A stretch of DNA of 64,000 nt from an uncultured Peptococcaceae bacterium (GTDB lineage: Bacteria; Bacillota; Dehalobacteriia; UBA4068; UBA4997). Location of the stretch: positions 2,531-66,530 of the forward strand of contig CANQPG010000005.1 of NCBI GenBank assembly GCA_947625705.1. The letters are read 5' to 3'. The notes under the pieces are model-generated. The model worked only from the letters and a program-made list of their open reading frames with translations. It had not been told where the DNA came from and made no database searches. Each line of letters opens with the position of its first letter. The first letter of the stretch is position 1. The position numbers were made by a program, and so were the translations under genes. Of this stretch, positions 27,644-38,534 are shown in pieces.

Positions 27644-30600
27644 TCAGAATATCCTGACCGCGCGCCCCGCCGACGTGAAGTAAATATACCCCGCCTGCAC
27701 CGGCTGCCCAAGCGCCGTGGCCAGCGCCTGGCGATAAAGCGCCAGCTGCAGGCCGTATTTCTCCCGCACGGCGGCGTCATTTTGCCTGCCGCTGCCGGAT
27801 TTATAGTCCACCAGCACCCAGCCCGCCGGCTCGGCAAACGCCAGGTCGATCACGCCCTGCAAGAACAAGCCCTCCTCCGGGTAAGCGCCGGCGCGTATTC
27901 CCGCCAGCTCAAGCAGTTTTTGATACGTTTTGCCGTCCAGCGCCGAAAGCTCGGCCAGCGTCAGGTTTGCGGTGAAGCGCTGTTCCCGCAGCACCGTCTG
28001 ATTTTGCCGCGCCGCCGCCAGCAGCCGCCCGCCCAGCTCGCCCGCAAAAAACTGCGCCAGCTGCGCCGGGCGCACCGCCTGCGCCACATCAGGCGCAAAA
28101 TCCGGCGCGTATTCCCGCCAAAGCCGCTCTAAATGCGCCGCCGCGTCTTCGTCCCCGGCCAGCGACACCAGATCGGCCTTTTCCAGCAGCTTGTGCGTCA
28201 GCACGCCGACTGCCGCATACCACTCGGGCGCATGCGCCGTCTCGTCTGCCGCTTCATAGGCCAGCTTCTGCGCCGCGTCGTCCAGCGGATTGCTTGGCGC
28301 TTCCTCGTCCGGCGGCAAAGGCTCCAGCCGGGCAAAAGCGGTGGCGCTCCACTTCACCGGGAGGTGCGCCAGCTCCGCCGCCGGGTACTCGCGTGCCAGC
28401 AGCGCGTCGATTGCCGCCGCGTCCGCCGTCTCCCCCGCCGCCAGCCAGTCGGCATAGCTGAACGCCGCCTGTTCCGTCGCCGCTTCCGGGCGGGCGATGT
28501 GGTCGATGATCTCGATCCGCCAGTCGCCGTCTGCCCCCGGAATTGCCGCCGCGGCCTGGCTTGTCACCGGCCAGCCAACCAATTCCCTAAGCTTCCCGCC
28601 GTCCTTATGCGTCAGCAGCGCCGCCGCCAGCCAGGGCAGATACGCCGGGCGCTCGGCCAGAAACCCGGCGGAAACACCGTCTTCCGAAAGCGCCGCCAGC
28701 TGGCGGGAAAGCGCCCCGAGCGACGGCGCCGTCCCCACCAGCACCAGCTTCTGCTCCGCCCGCGTCATCGCCACATACAAAATGCGCAGCGCCTCGGCCA
28801 GGTTTTCCCAGCGGGCTTTCCGCATGATCATATTGAAGCCGAAAGTGGGATATTTGCGCCTTTTCTCCAGCTCCACCCGGCGCATGCCCAGCCCCAGCGC
28901 GCGGTGCAGCAGGATATCCTGCTTGAAGTCGTCCTCGTTGAATTTGCCGGCCAGCCCCGCCACGAACACCACGGGGAATTCCAGCCCCTTGCTTTTGTGG
29001 ATACTCATCAGGCGCACCGCGTCCGCCTGCTCCGCCGTCTGCGGCTGACGTTTGCCCGCCGCCAGATAGCGCAGAAAGCGCGAGAGGCCAAGGCCGCCGT
29101 TCTCGTCGTATTCCGCCGCCAGCCGCAGCAGCTCGGCGAGGTTCTGCCGCCGCAGCTCGCCCCCGGGGAGGCTCCCCAGCAGCTCCGGCAGCGCCGTTTC
29201 ATTATAAAGGTAGTCCAGCAGGTCGAACGCGCCCAGCTCGCGGCTCTGCTGCCGCCACGTGTCCAGCTTCAGCGCCAATTCCAGCAGGCGCGGCTCATGC
29301 GAGCGGCACAGCCCGTCGTAGAGGCTTTCTCCCGCCGGGATATCCGCCAGACGCCGAATATCCGCCAAATCGGCCAGCTTCAGCCCCACCAGCGGCGAAT
29401 GGAGCAGCGCCGCCAGCGGAATATCCTGCCGCGGATTGTCCAGCACGGTGAGCAGCGTCAGCACCACCTGCACCTCCGGCAGGCGCAGAAATTCTTCCTG
29501 ACCGTCCGTACGGCAGGGGATACCCCGCGTCGCGAACACACGCGAGAGAACCGGCGCCCAGCTTTTCACCGCCCTAAGCAGCACCACCATATCGCCCCAG
29601 GCACGCCCCGCCGCGTGTTCGGCCAGCAGCCGCTCCGCCAGCAGGTTCGCCTCCAGCTCGGCGTTCTGCATTTCCGCCAGCGGGTTTTCGTCATCTGCCG
29701 GCGTCGCCTCGCCCCGCACGGCCTCGCGGTCAATGATCAAAAGCTCGCAGGGGGCGGGGGTCAGCTCCGGCCGGCCGCAGTAAAGCTGCGCCGCCGCGTC
29801 GTAATTTATCTCCAGATGGCCGCCGGTCATCAGCTGCGAGAAGACGAAATTAACCCCGACCAAAACGCCGCTCTGGCTGCGGAAATTCCGGTTCAAATCA
29901 ACGCGCCGGCCGCCCTCGCCCCGGCCATAGGCCGCAAATTTGGCCATAAACAGCCCCGGCTCGGCCAGACGGAAGCGGTAAATGCTCTGCTTGATATCGC
30001 CCACCATAAAGCGGTTTTGGCCGTTGGCAAGCAGCGAAAGCAGTTTCTCCTGCACCTCGTTGATGTCCTGATATTCGTCCACCAGAATTTCATAGAAGCG
30101 CCGCCGCAAGTCCGCCGCCACGCCCAATTCTTCCTTTTGCAGCAGCGAGAGAGCGTAATGCTCCAAATCGGCAAATTCCAGCAGCTTTGCCCGCCGCTTG
30201 GCCTGCTGCCACGCCTGATAATACTGCCCGGCCAAATTTACCAGCGCCAGCGCCAGCGGTTTAAGCTCCGCCAGCTCCGCGGCAAGCCCGCCGGAGAGCA
30301 GCACGCGCCCCTCGCGCAGCAGCCCGGCGACGCCCTCCCTGGCACGCTTGCGAAGCGCCAGCACCCTGTCCTTGGCCGCGATATCCACGCCCTCTTTGGC
30401 GCGCACCGGAGGGGCGCTTTTGAACTCCAGCCGGTCAAGCGCGGCCAGCACCTCCGGTAAAGCTTCCTTATTATCAGCGCGTTCCGCCAGCGCCGCCAAA
30501 GCGTCCGCCTCCGCCGCCAGCAGTGTGACGTGTTTATCCAGCCCTGCCGCCTCGGCCAGCCGCCGCGCCGAATTGAGCCGCGCCGCGTTCTCCGCCAGCC

Positions 30601-31246
30601 CCTCGGCCAGGCACTCGGCAAAATAGCTGACCCACGCGTCCGCTTCGCCCGCGGCATAAACCGCGCCCAGAGAGTCCAGCCACGCCGCCACGTCCGGCAT
30701 ACTCTGGCCGAACTCGATCAGCCGCAGCACCAGCTCCCGCAGGTTTTCGTCGCCGATACCCCGGCAGTAATGGCGCAGCAGCTCCTTAAGACCGGAATTG
30801 GCGTCGGCATAGGCCGCTTCAAACACATCGTCCAGCGTTTTTTCGCGCAAAATGGCCAGCTCGCCGTCATTGCCGATACGGCTTTTGGCGTCCAGCCCCA
30901 GCATATAACCGTTTTCATGCAGCAGCTCGCGGCAGAACGCGTGTATCGTCATAATGTGCGCCCGAGGCAGCAGCACCAGCTGCCGGTTCAGGTAGACATT
31001 ATTCGGCTGCCCGGCCAGACGTTTGGCCAGCGCCTGCGCCAGGCGCGCCCGCATTTCCGCCGCCGCCGCGTTGGTATACGTCAGGATCAGCAGGTCGTCC
31101 ACGTCCACCGGCTCGGTTTCGTCGGTGATGATACCCAGCACCCGCTCGATCAGCACGGCGGTTTTGCCGCTGCCCGCGCCCGCCGCCACCAGCAGGTTGC
31201 CGCCGCCTTTCTGCATGGCCGCCAGCTGTTCGTCAGTCCACGCCAT
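27644..31246 (-). CDS. addA: ATP-dependent helicase/nuclease subunit A (AddA)
   Basis: UvrD-type helicase motifs (AGAGSGKT and others) and a C-terminal PD-(D/E)xK nuclease. The start MAWTDEQLAAMQ is chosen so the overlap with addB is small. Confidence 0.9.
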   Translation of the reverse strand: MAWTDEQLAAMQKGGGNLLVAAGAGSGKTAVLIERVLGIITDETEPVDVDDLLILTYTNAAAAEMRARLAQALAKRLAGQPNNVYLNRQLVLLPRAHIMTIHAFCRELLHENGYMLGLDAKSRIGNDGELAILREKTLDDVFEAAYADANSGLKELLRHYCRGIGDENLRELVLRLIEFGQSMPDVAAWLDSLGAVYAAGEADAWVSYFAECLAEGLAENAARLNSARRLAEAAGLDKHVTLLAAEADALAALAERADNKEALPEVLAALDRLEFKSAPPVRAKEGVDIAAKDRVLALRKRAREGVAGLLREGRVLLSGGLAAELAELKPLALALVNLAGQYYQAWQQAKRRAKLLEFADLEHYALSLLQKEELGVAADLRRRFYEILVDEYQDINEVQEKLLSLLANGQNRFMVGDIKQSIYRFRLAEPGLFMAKFAAYGRGEGGRRVDLNRNFRSQSGVLVGVNFVFSQLMTGGHLEINYDAAAQLYCGRPELTPAPCELLIIDREAVRGEATPADDENPLAEMQNAELEANLLAERLLAEHAAGRAWGDMVVLLRAVKSWAPVLSRVFATRGIPCRTDGQEEFLRLPEVQVVLTLLTVLDNPRQDIPLAALLHSPLVGLKLADLADIRRLADIPAGESLYDGLCRSHEPRLLELALKLDTWRQQSRELGAFDLLDYLYNETALPELLGSLPGGELRRQNLAELLRLAAEYDENGGLGLSRFLRYLAAGKRQPQTAEQADAVRLMSIHKSKGLEFPVVFVAGLAGKFNEDDFKQDILLHRALGLGMRRVELEKRRKYPTFGFNMIMRKARWENLAEALRILYVAMTRAEQKLVLVGTAPSLGALSRQLAALSEDGVSAGFLAERPAYLPWLAAALLTHKDGGKLRELVGWPVTSQAAAAIPGADGDWRIEIIDHIARPEAATEQAAFSYADWLAAGETADAAAIDALLAREYPAAELAHLPVKWSATAFARLEPLPPDEEAPSNPLDDAAQKLAYEAADETAHAPEWYAAVGVLTHKLLEKADLVSLAGDEDAAAHLERLWREYAPDFAPDVAQAVRPAQLAQFFAGELGGRLLAAARQNQTVLREQRFTANLTLAELSALDGKTYQKLLELAGIRAGAYPEEGLFLQGVIDLAFAEPAGWVLVDYKSGSGRQNDAAVREKYGLQLALYRQALATALGQPVQAGYIYFTSAGRAVRIF

Positions 31247-34200
31247 GCGGCACCTCCTCTCCGGCTTCCGCCAGCAGTTGCCGCGCCTTGGCCGGGTATT
31301 TGGCGGCAAAGCGGCTGATGACCGCCGATTTTTCCAGCTTCTCCACCGGGCACATACGGGGCGACACCGCCAGATCGACCGCGCAGAGCGCGTAATAATC
31401 GCAGTATTCGCAGATCGGCCGCCCCGCCGGCGCCACCGGCAGCTGGCTCACCTCACCCCGGTTGATGGCGGAGAGCTTTTCCGCCGCCTCCTCCTTAAGG
31501 CACGCCTGCACAAATTTATACTCCGCCGGGGTCAGCCCCAGCGTCCCCTTGCCGTAAGTCATGTCCTTATTCAGCCGCACCGCCATCGTTTTGGCGTTAT
31601 GCCCCGGCTCCAGATCGCGCTCGGCCAGCGTCAATGCCTCCGCGTCAAGGATAGCCAGCCCCTGCAAACGCACCGCCGCGCCCGCCTCGTCATTGGATCT
31701 GACGCTTTTCACGATCTCCTGCACCGGCACATAGAACATACCCGCCGGGCGGGCATTCTGCCCCCGTGCCCCGGCGTTCTGCAAAAGCGCCGCCAGATAC
31801 AGCGGCAGCTGCCAGTTCAGGCCGTAATAAATATCCGCCGCCGTCAGCGTTTTGTTCTGCATTTTATAGTCGATGACGCGAAGATAATCCGCGCCCGCGC
31901 CCGCCGCGATATCCACCCGGTCGATCTGGCCGCGCAGCTTCACCCGCGCACCGTCGGCCAGCTCGATCACCAGCGGCGCCAGCGCGTTTTTGCCCCGCCC
32001 GCCGAAAGTCAGCTCCAGCGCCAGCGGGCGGAAAGCCCCCGCCGCCAGATTGGCCGCGATATCCAACAGCGTGCGGCAGACCACCCGGCGGATCTTCTCC
32101 GCCGCGTAGCTGTTTTTGCCGCTGTCGCGGAAGATATCAGCCAGGCCGCCCGCCGCAAAATCCTGCATGGCCGCGTCCACCAGCGGCAGCACGCTCGCCT
32201 CGTCAAGCGCCGCCCAGTCGCAGCCCGCCGCCGCAAGCCGGCTCAACACCTCGGCCAAAACGTAATGATACAGGCTCCCCACGTCCGCCGTCTGCAATGT
32301 GAACTCCGCGCGGGGCTGCAAATTCAGCCCATAGCCCGCAAAATAGCGGCAGGGGCAGGAATTGAAGCGCTCCAGCCGCGAAACGCTGGTATAGCCGCGC
32401 TCCGGGTACAGCGCCGCCACCTGCTGGGGCGAAAGCGCCGTTTGGTCGGCCTGATAAGAAAGGCCGCGGTCAAGCGCCGCCATTGCCGCCGTGAGTTTTC
32501 CCGCCTGCGTAAGCTGGCGGCAGGCGCCGCGCCAGAACGCGTCCGCCGCCGGGTTTGGCTCGTCGCCCGCCTTAAGCCCCGCCAAATGCCGCGACAAAGC
32601 GCCCAAAAGCGCCCGGTCGCCGCCCAGCGCATAAGGGGCGGCGGCAGATACAGCAGGCTGAACGGCAAGCCCCGGAAACAGCCGCTTAAAATCCGCCGCC
32701 ACCGGCGAGGGATTGGCCGCCGCGCCGTCCGCGCCATGCTCATGATAGAGCAGATACAACGCCTCGGAAGAGCGGGTGAACGCCGTGTAAAGCAGATATT
32801 CCTCCAAAAACTGGCGGTCGCGCCCGCCGCCGGGGAGTTCCAGCCCCAGCGCCGAAAGCCGCGTTTTGTCCAGGCTGCCCAGCAGGCTCGTCTCCGCCGC
32901 CGCCGCGGGCAGCATGCCCTCGTTCAGCCCAAGGACGATGGCCGCTTTCACCTCCGGCAGGCGGCTGCGGCTGATCTCCGCCACATTCACCTGATTGGCC
33001 GCCGGGGGGATCGAGCTTAGGGTCAGCCGCGCCACGCCCTCCTGCCAAAGCTCGCCGAAACGCCGCGCGTCCGTCGGCATGTCGCCGAGAAAATCCATCA
33101 GCTCGGCGAGCAGCAGCCGCACCTTGGCCGCTATCTGGCGGTGCGCCTCGGCCAGGGTCAGCTCGCCCGCCGCCTGCGCCCGCGCATACCACGCGGCCAG
33201 CGCCGCCTCGGCGTCCAGCTCGTCCAGAAATTCCAGCAGCGCCCCCGCGTATGCCGCCACGTCAGCCGCGTCCTTAAGCTTATCCTGCAAATGCAGCAGC
33301 GGAGCGATCGCCCGCCCGGCCGCCGCGTTGATCTCCGGTAATTCCTCCGGCTTGCCGCGCCGAAAACTGCCCGCCTGCCGCCACATCGTGCCTTTGATAC
33401 CCACGCGCAGCGCGTAATTCTCCAGCCTGTCCGCCTCCGCCGCCGTCAGCGGCGCCAAGCCCGATTTCAGATACGTCAACACCGCCGGCGTCGCCCAGTT
33501 ATCCGCCGCCACTTTCAAAGCCTCGGCAATCAGCCGCACCAGCGGGTGGCGCGAAACGTCCTGCCCCATATCCAGAAAATACGGCACGTCAAAATCGCGG
33601 AACACCGCCGTCAAATAGCGGCGATACGGCGCAATATCCCGCGTGATCACCGCAATATCGCGGAATTTATAGCCCCGCTCACGGCACAGCATGACGATCA
33701 GACGCGCCGCACATTCCGCTTCCTCGCGCGGGTCAGCCGCCGCCAGCAGCTGCACCTGCCGCGGCACATCATTATGCACCGGGGCAAAGCTCCCCGCCGC
33801 AAAGCTCACTTCTATCGCCGAAAGCTCGCTTCCCTCGGCCTGCCGGTGATTGGCCGTCAGGCGGGTGACCTCCACTTCGGCGTTAAGCTCCTGCGCCAGC
33901 CGCATAAACTGGCTCCGCAGCTGCCGCTGGCCGGTGAACACCCGCGCCGCCCCCAGATCGGGCAGGGAGAGTGCCACGTTTACCGCCTCGGCCTTACGCA
34001 TAATTTCCCGCAAGACGGCCATTTGCGACGGGTTTAAGTCCATGAAGCCGTCCAGCCAGATTTCCGCGCCGCCGAGACGCTCCGACCGCTCGACCATCGC
34101 CGCCAGCTCCCGCATCATCACGCCCTGGTCGCGGAAGCCGCCCTCGATCCGCTGCAAATACGCCTGATAGATCAGCGCCAGCTCCGATAGCTTCGCCGCC

Positions 34201-34658
34201 AGCAGATCATCGGCAGGAAGCGATTTTACCGCCCCAAACAGCGCCTCCGGGGCAATGCCGTACTGCTCAAATTCCACCAGCGTCCGCGCCAGCTGATCGA
34301 CAAAGCTGGCGTTTTTGGCAGCCGGTTTCAGCAAATTCAGCTCCGACATTTTCTGCTGCACCACGCTGGCCAGCAGCATGGCGCGTCCCTGCTCGTCCAG
34401 CCAGGGCAGCTCCGGCAGGCGTTCGTCCGCCGCGAGCCACCGATACAGCACGGAAAAGCCCATCACCTGCGCGCGGAGGCTTGCCCCCACGCCGGGGTAT
34501 TGCACCAGCCGCCGCTCGGCCTGGAACGTCGCCTGCTCCGGTGTAAGCAAAATTAGCGGGGCGCCCAGCGGGTTTTCCCGCAGACGCTCCGCTATTTCAC
34601 TCAGGCACAGGCGGCTTTTGCCGCTGCCGGCGCCGCCCTCAATTAATCTCAGTTTCAT
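31233..34658 (-). CDS. addB: ATP-dependent helicase/deoxyribonuclease subunit B (AddB)
   Basis: Walker A GAGSGKS is at the N-terminus. The C-terminal nuclease domain has an Fe-S cluster (CEYCDYYALC). Confidence 0.9.
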   Translation of the reverse strand: MKLRLIEGGAGSGKSRLCLSEIAERLRENPLGAPLILLTPEQATFQAERRLVQYPGVGASLRAQVMGFSVLYRWLAADERLPELPWLDEQGRAMLLASVVQQKMSELNLLKPAAKNASFVDQLARTLVEFEQYGIAPEALFGAVKSLPADDLLAAKLSELALIYQAYLQRIEGGFRDQGVMMRELAAMVERSERLGGAEIWLDGFMDLNPSQMAVLREIMRKAEAVNVALSLPDLGAARVFTGQRQLRSQFMRLAQELNAEVEVTRLTANHRQAEGSELSAIEVSFAAGSFAPVHNDVPRQVQLLAAADPREEAECAARLIVMLCRERGYKFRDIAVITRDIAPYRRYLTAVFRDFDVPYFLDMGQDVSRHPLVRLIAEALKVAADNWATPAVLTYLKSGLAPLTAAEADRLENYALRVGIKGTMWRQAGSFRRGKPEELPEINAAAGRAIAPLLHLQDKLKDAADVAAYAGALLEFLDELDAEAALAAWYARAQAAGELTLAEAHRQIAAKVRLLLAELMDFLGDMPTDARRFGELWQEGVARLTLSSIPPAANQVNVAEISRSRLPEVKAAIVLGLNEGMLPAAAAETSLLGSLDKTRLSALGLELPGGGRDRQFLEEYLLYTAFTRSSEALYLLYHEHGADGAAANPSPVAADFKRLFPGLAVQPAVSAAAPYALGGDRALLGALSRHLAGLKAGDEPNPAADAFWRGACRQLTQAGKLTAAMAALDRGLSYQADQTALSPQQVAALYPERGYTSVSRLERFNSCPCRYFAGYGLNLQPRAEFTLQTADVGSLYHYVLAEVLSRLAAAGCDWAALDEASVLPLVDAAMQDFAAGGLADIFRDSGKNSYAAEKIRRVVCRTLLDIAANLAAGAFRPLALELTFGGRGKNALAPLVIELADGARVKLRGQIDRVDIAAGAGADYLRVIDYKMQNKTLTAADIYYGLNWQLPLYLAALLQNAGARGQNARPAGMFYVPVQEIVKSVRSNDEAGAAVRLQGLAILDAEALTLAERDLEPGHNAKTMAVRLNKDMTYGKGTLGLTPAEYKFVQACLKEEAAEKLSAINRGEVSQLPVAPAGRPICEYCDYYALCAVDLAVSPRMCPVEKLEKSAVISRFAAKYPAKARQLLAEAGEEVPHGVD

Positions 34659-34676
34659 TATCGTATAACCGTAAAT

Positions 34677-36752
34677 TTACGCCAGCTTCGCCAGATCGCC
34701 AAGGTCGGCGGTCAAGGCCACCAGCTTTTGCAGCAAGCCCAGCCGGTTGCCGCGCACCTTTTCGTCTTCCGCCATCACCAGCACGGCCTCAAAAAACGCG
34801 TCGATCTGCGGGCGAATGGCCGCGATAGCTTTCAAAGCCTCCGGATAATCCGCCGCGTTCAAAGCCTGCTGCACCGCGTCCGCCGCCGCGTTTTCCGCCG
34901 CAAACAGGTCATGCTCCGCCGGCGTTTCAAACAGCGCCTCGTCCACCGCGTATGCTTCCTTAACGTTCTTCAGCAGGTTGGCCGCCCGGTTATAGCCCGC
35001 CATCAGCTGGGCAAACGCCGCGTCCTGCTTGAAGTCGGCCAAAGCGTGCGCCTTGCGGTAATTGGTCAGCGGCACGGCAAACGGCAAAGCCTGCGCCGCG
35101 TTGATAACGTCATACGTTACGCCCTCGTCAGAGAGCATATTATCCACCCGCTGACGGAAGAAAGCCGCGAGCGCCTGCAATGTCTCAGCCTCCGTTGCGG
35201 CCTTTGGCACTTCATAGAGGGAGAGCGCCAGCTGCGACAATTCGGCCAAATTCAGCGGCAGCTTATACTGCACAATGATCTGGCAGACGCCGATGGCCGC
35301 GCGCCGCAGCGCGTAAGGATCCTGCGAGCCGGTGGGTATCATGCGCTGCGAGAAGAACCCAGCCAGGCTGTCAATACGGTCGGCCAGCGCCAGCGCGATA
35401 CCGGCATTGGTCTTCGGCAGCCCGTCGCCCGCAAAGCGCGGCAGATAATGCTCGCGTATCGCCGCCGCCACCTGCGCCGTCTCGCCGTCGTTTTTGGCGT
35501 AATATTCGCCCATAATGCCCTGCAGCTCGGTAAACTCATAGACCGCGTTGGAGACCAAATCGCATTTGGCGAGCGCCGCCGCCCGCTGCGTATCCGCCTT
35601 ATCCGCCGCCGAGAAGCCGAGTTTTTCGGCGATCGCCGCCGCAATTTTGGCTATCCGCTGCACTTTGGCGTCCAGCGTGCCCAATTTCTCATGGAACACG
35701 ATATGGCTCAGGCGCGGCGCGTTGTCGGATAACTTATGCTTGCAGTCCTCGTCCCAGAAGAACGCCGCGTCGGCCAGACGCGCGGCCAGCACCTTTTCAT
35801 TGCCCGCCGCCACGGTGTCCAGATGGTCGCTGTTGCCGTTCCGCACGGTAATGAAGTTCGGCAGCAGCTTTTCACCCGCCGCGTCATACACCGGGAAGTA
35901 ACGCTGGTGCTCGCGCATCGGCGTGACGACCAGCTCCTGCGGGATCTCCAGATACTTCTTATCAAAACGGCCCAGCAAAGCCGTCGGGTATTCCAAAATA
36001 TAGACCAGCTCGGAGAGCAGCTCCTCGTCCGGCTTCACCGTGCCGCCGGCGATTTTGGCCACTGCCTGGATCTGCTGCCAAATCTTCTCGCGGCGCACCG
36101 CCTGATCGACGATGACATACTGCTTTTGCAGCGTGTCGGCGTAAAGCGCCGGCTCCTTAATTTCCACATGGTCGCTGCCCAGGAAGCGGTGCCCGCGGCT
36201 GAAGCGGTCAGCCTGCACCCCAGCCAGCTCAAACGGCAGCACGTCGCCGCCGAACAGCAGCACCAGCCAGCGGATCGGCCGGGCGAAGCGCATTTCGTTA
36301 TAGCCCCAGCGCATGGGCTTGGGGAAGTAAATTTTATGCACCGCGTCGGCCAGCATTTGCGGCAGCATATCCGCCGTTTGGCCGCCCTTGATTTTCTTCA
36401 CGGCGTAGACGTATTCCACGCCCTTAATTTCTTTCGTCAAAACGTCTTTCGGGTCAATGCCCTGCCCCCGGCAGAAGCCCTGGAGCGCCCTGGTCGGCTG
36501 GCCGTCGGCGTCGTAGGCCGCTTTCACCGCCGGGCCTTTGCTTTCGGCCTCGCGGTCGGGCTGCACCTCGTCCAGCTGGTCAATTAAAAGCGCAATACGG
36601 CGCGGCGTGCCATAGGTGCGCAAGTTTTCGTATTTCAGCCCCGCCTCGGCTAAAGCGTTCTGCATAAGCTCCTTAAGCTGGTTAAGCGCCGGTTCCATAA
36701 ACCGCGCGGGTATCTCCTCGATACCAATTTCAAACAGCAGGTCTTTCGCCAT
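34677..36752 (-). CDS. glyS: Glycine--tRNA ligase beta subunit
   Basis: 691 aa. The N-terminus [18 protein letters not shown] is characteristic. Confidence 0.9.
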   Translation of the reverse strand: MAKDLLFEIGIEEIPARFMEPALNQLKELMQNALAEAGLKYENLRTYGTPRRIALLIDQLDEVQPDREAESKGPAVKAAYDADGQPTRALQGFCRGQGIDPKDVLTKEIKGVEYVYAVKKIKGGQTADMLPQMLADAVHKIYFPKPMRWGYNEMRFARPIRWLVLLFGGDVLPFELAGVQADRFSRGHRFLGSDHVEIKEPALYADTLQKQYVIVDQAVRREKIWQQIQAVAKIAGGTVKPDEELLSELVYILEYPTALLGRFDKKYLEIPQELVVTPMREHQRYFPVYDAAGEKLLPNFITVRNGNSDHLDTVAAGNEKVLAARLADAAFFWDEDCKHKLSDNAPRLSHIVFHEKLGTLDAKVQRIAKIAAAIAEKLGFSAADKADTQRAAALAKCDLVSNAVYEFTELQGIMGEYYAKNDGETAQVAAAIREHYLPRFAGDGLPKTNAGIALALADRIDSLAGFFSQRMIPTGSQDPYALRRAAIGVCQIIVQYKLPLNLAELSQLALSLYEVPKAATEAETLQALAAFFRQRVDNMLSDEGVTYDVINAAQALPFAVPLTNYRKAHALADFKQDAAFAQLMAGYNRAANLLKNVKEAYAVDEALFETPAEHDLFAAENAAADAVQQALNAADYPEALKAIAAIRPQIDAFFEAVLVMAEDEKVRGNRLGLLQKLVALTADLGDLAKLA

Positions 36753-37678
36753 TATTCCGCCGCCTCCTTCTGCCCGGCCTGGTCAAGCCCCAGCTCGGCA
36801 CGAATTTTCGCATCTTTCAGCATGGGATAGCCCAAACGCTCGCGCTGCGCCACATAAGCCTCGGCGCACATACGCGCCAGCGCCCGCACGCGCCCGATAA
36901 AGCTCTGGCGCTCGGTCACGCTGATGGCGCCCCGCGCGTCCAGCAGGTTGAACGTGTGCGAGCATTTCAGCGCGTAATCGTAAGCCGGCTGCACCAGCCC
37001 GGCCTCGATGACCTTGTGGGTCTCCGCCTCATACATATCGAACAGGCGGAACAGCATATCCGCGTCCGATACCTTGAAGTTATAGGTGGAATAATCGACC
37101 TCGTTCTGGTGGTAAACGTCGCCGTAGCTGATGTCGTCCACCCAGTTGATGTCGTAAACGCTGTCCACGTTCTGGATAAACATGGCCAGCCGCTCAATGC
37201 CGTAGGTTATCTCGGCGCAGACGGGCTTGCAGTCGATACCGCCGCACTGCTGGAAGTAGGTGAACTGGGTGACCTCCATGCCGTCCAGCCAAACCTCCCA
37301 GCCCAGCCCCCACGCGCCCAGCGTCGGGCTTTCCCAGTTATCCTCCACAAAGCGGATATCATGCTCCAGCGGGTCGATCCCGAGCGCCCGGAGGCTATCC
37401 AGATAAAGCTCCTGCACGTTATCCGGTGAGGGCTTCAATATCACCTGAAACTGGAAGTAATGCTGCAAACGGTTGGGATTTTCGCCGTAGCGCCCGTCGG
37501 TAGGTCTGCGGGAGGGCTCCACATAGGCCACATGCCAGGGCTCCGGCCCCAGAGCGCGCAGAAAAGTGGCGGGGTTCATTGTGCCCGCGCCCTTTTCAAT
37601 GTCATAGGGCTGCAAAATAATGCACCCCTGCTCGCCCCAGTATTTTTGCAGGTTTAAAATCAACTGCTGAAAATTCAT
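36752..37678 (-). CDS. glyQ: Glycine--tRNA ligase alpha subunit
   Basis: The sequence [19 protein letters not shown]... is strongly conserved in GlyQ. It overlaps the glyS start. Confidence 0.9.
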   Translation of the reverse strand: MNFQQLILNLQKYWGEQGCIILQPYDIEKGAGTMNPATFLRALGPEPWHVAYVEPSRRPTDGRYGENPNRLQHYFQFQVILKPSPDNVQELYLDSLRALGIDPLEHDIRFVEDNWESPTLGAWGLGWEVWLDGMEVTQFTYFQQCGGIDCKPVCAEITYGIERLAMFIQNVDSVYDINWVDDISYGDVYHQNEVDYSTYNFKVSDADMLFRLFDMYEAETHKVIEAGLVQPAYDYALKCSHTFNLLDARGAISVTERQSFIGRVRALARMCAEAYVAQRERLGYPMLKDAKIRAELGLDQAGQKEAAE

Positions 37679-37764
37679 GCTGTTATTCACTCCTTTTTGG
37701 GGGTATAAACTCCTAAAGTATAATTGTAACAATTTACGGCAGGCTTGTCAATATTGCCCGCCGT

Positions 37765-38531
37765 TTACACCTTATAATATACGCTTAAATTTTCTTTCGC
37801 CCTGGCCGCCGGCGCCCCCAGATAATAGGCCAGATAATAGGCCAGCGCCGCGTCGATCTCCTGCCGCATGGCGGGCGCGGCCTTAACGTTGAACACCCGC
37901 CGCAAGTCCCAGTTCAAAAGCCCGCTTAAAAGGCGGCAGGCTCCGGCGGAAAGCTGCGGCGGCGGAAAATCCTCCGCATAAGCGCCCGCCAGCCGCCCCC
38001 GGCAGCCCGCGCAGATAACGCCGCCCCGTTCCGGGCTGACGTAAAAGCTTTCGCCCTGCGTGCTTCGGCCGCAGGCGGCGCAGGCGTCAAAATTCAAACG
38101 GTAGCCCAGCGCGGCCAGCAGGCGCAGTTCAAAGCAGGAAAGCAGCAAAAACGGCTCGTCCAGCGAGCCAAGCAGCGTCAGCGCCGCCGCCGCCAACACA
38201 AAAACGCCCTCCTGCGGCTTGTTCTCCGGCAGCACGGCGTCCAGCATTTCACCGATATACGAGGCGCAGGCAATTTTGGTCAAGTCCTCGCGCAGCTCCG
38301 GGCGCGCTTCCACCGCCTCGCCCTGCGTCACCAGCTCGCCGAAAACGTCAGCCGGGAATAAGAAAACAGCTGCGTGCTGGCTTTCAGCTTGCTGTTCGCG
38401 CGGCGCACCCCTTTCGCCAGGCAGGAAAACTTGCCGTAGCGGCGGCTGAACACAATTAACAAGCGGTCAGTTTCTTTATAGTCGCGCCCGCGCAGTATCA
38501 GGCACTCGTCCGTTTTGGCTCGCGTATCCAT
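37765..38531 (-). CDS. recO: DNA repair protein RecO. It is split across two frames by a 1-nt indel near 38340-38347 (cccgg/ctg).
   Basis: The N-terminal OB domain is ORF 38328..38531. The C-terminal domain with the Cys4 zinc motif (CAACGR...CAGCRG) is ORF 37765..38331. Restoring one G gives the continuous sequence ...SYSRADVFGELVTQGEAVE. Confidence 0.8.
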
Positions 38532-38534
38532 AAT

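Noticed and set aside
28133-30460. 775-aa plus-strand ORF
   Set aside because: It is antisense to addA. It is a high-GC artefact with Arg/Gln/Pro-rich nonsense composition.
31023-33020. 665-aa plus-strand ORF
   Set aside because: It is antisense to addB, with the same GC-driven artefact.
37679-37764. T-box riboswitch upstream of glyQS
   Set aside because: Only ~86 nt separate the recO stop and the glyQ start. That is too short for a T-box leader. No specifier or T-box sequence (AATTAGGGTGGNACCGCG-like) was seen.
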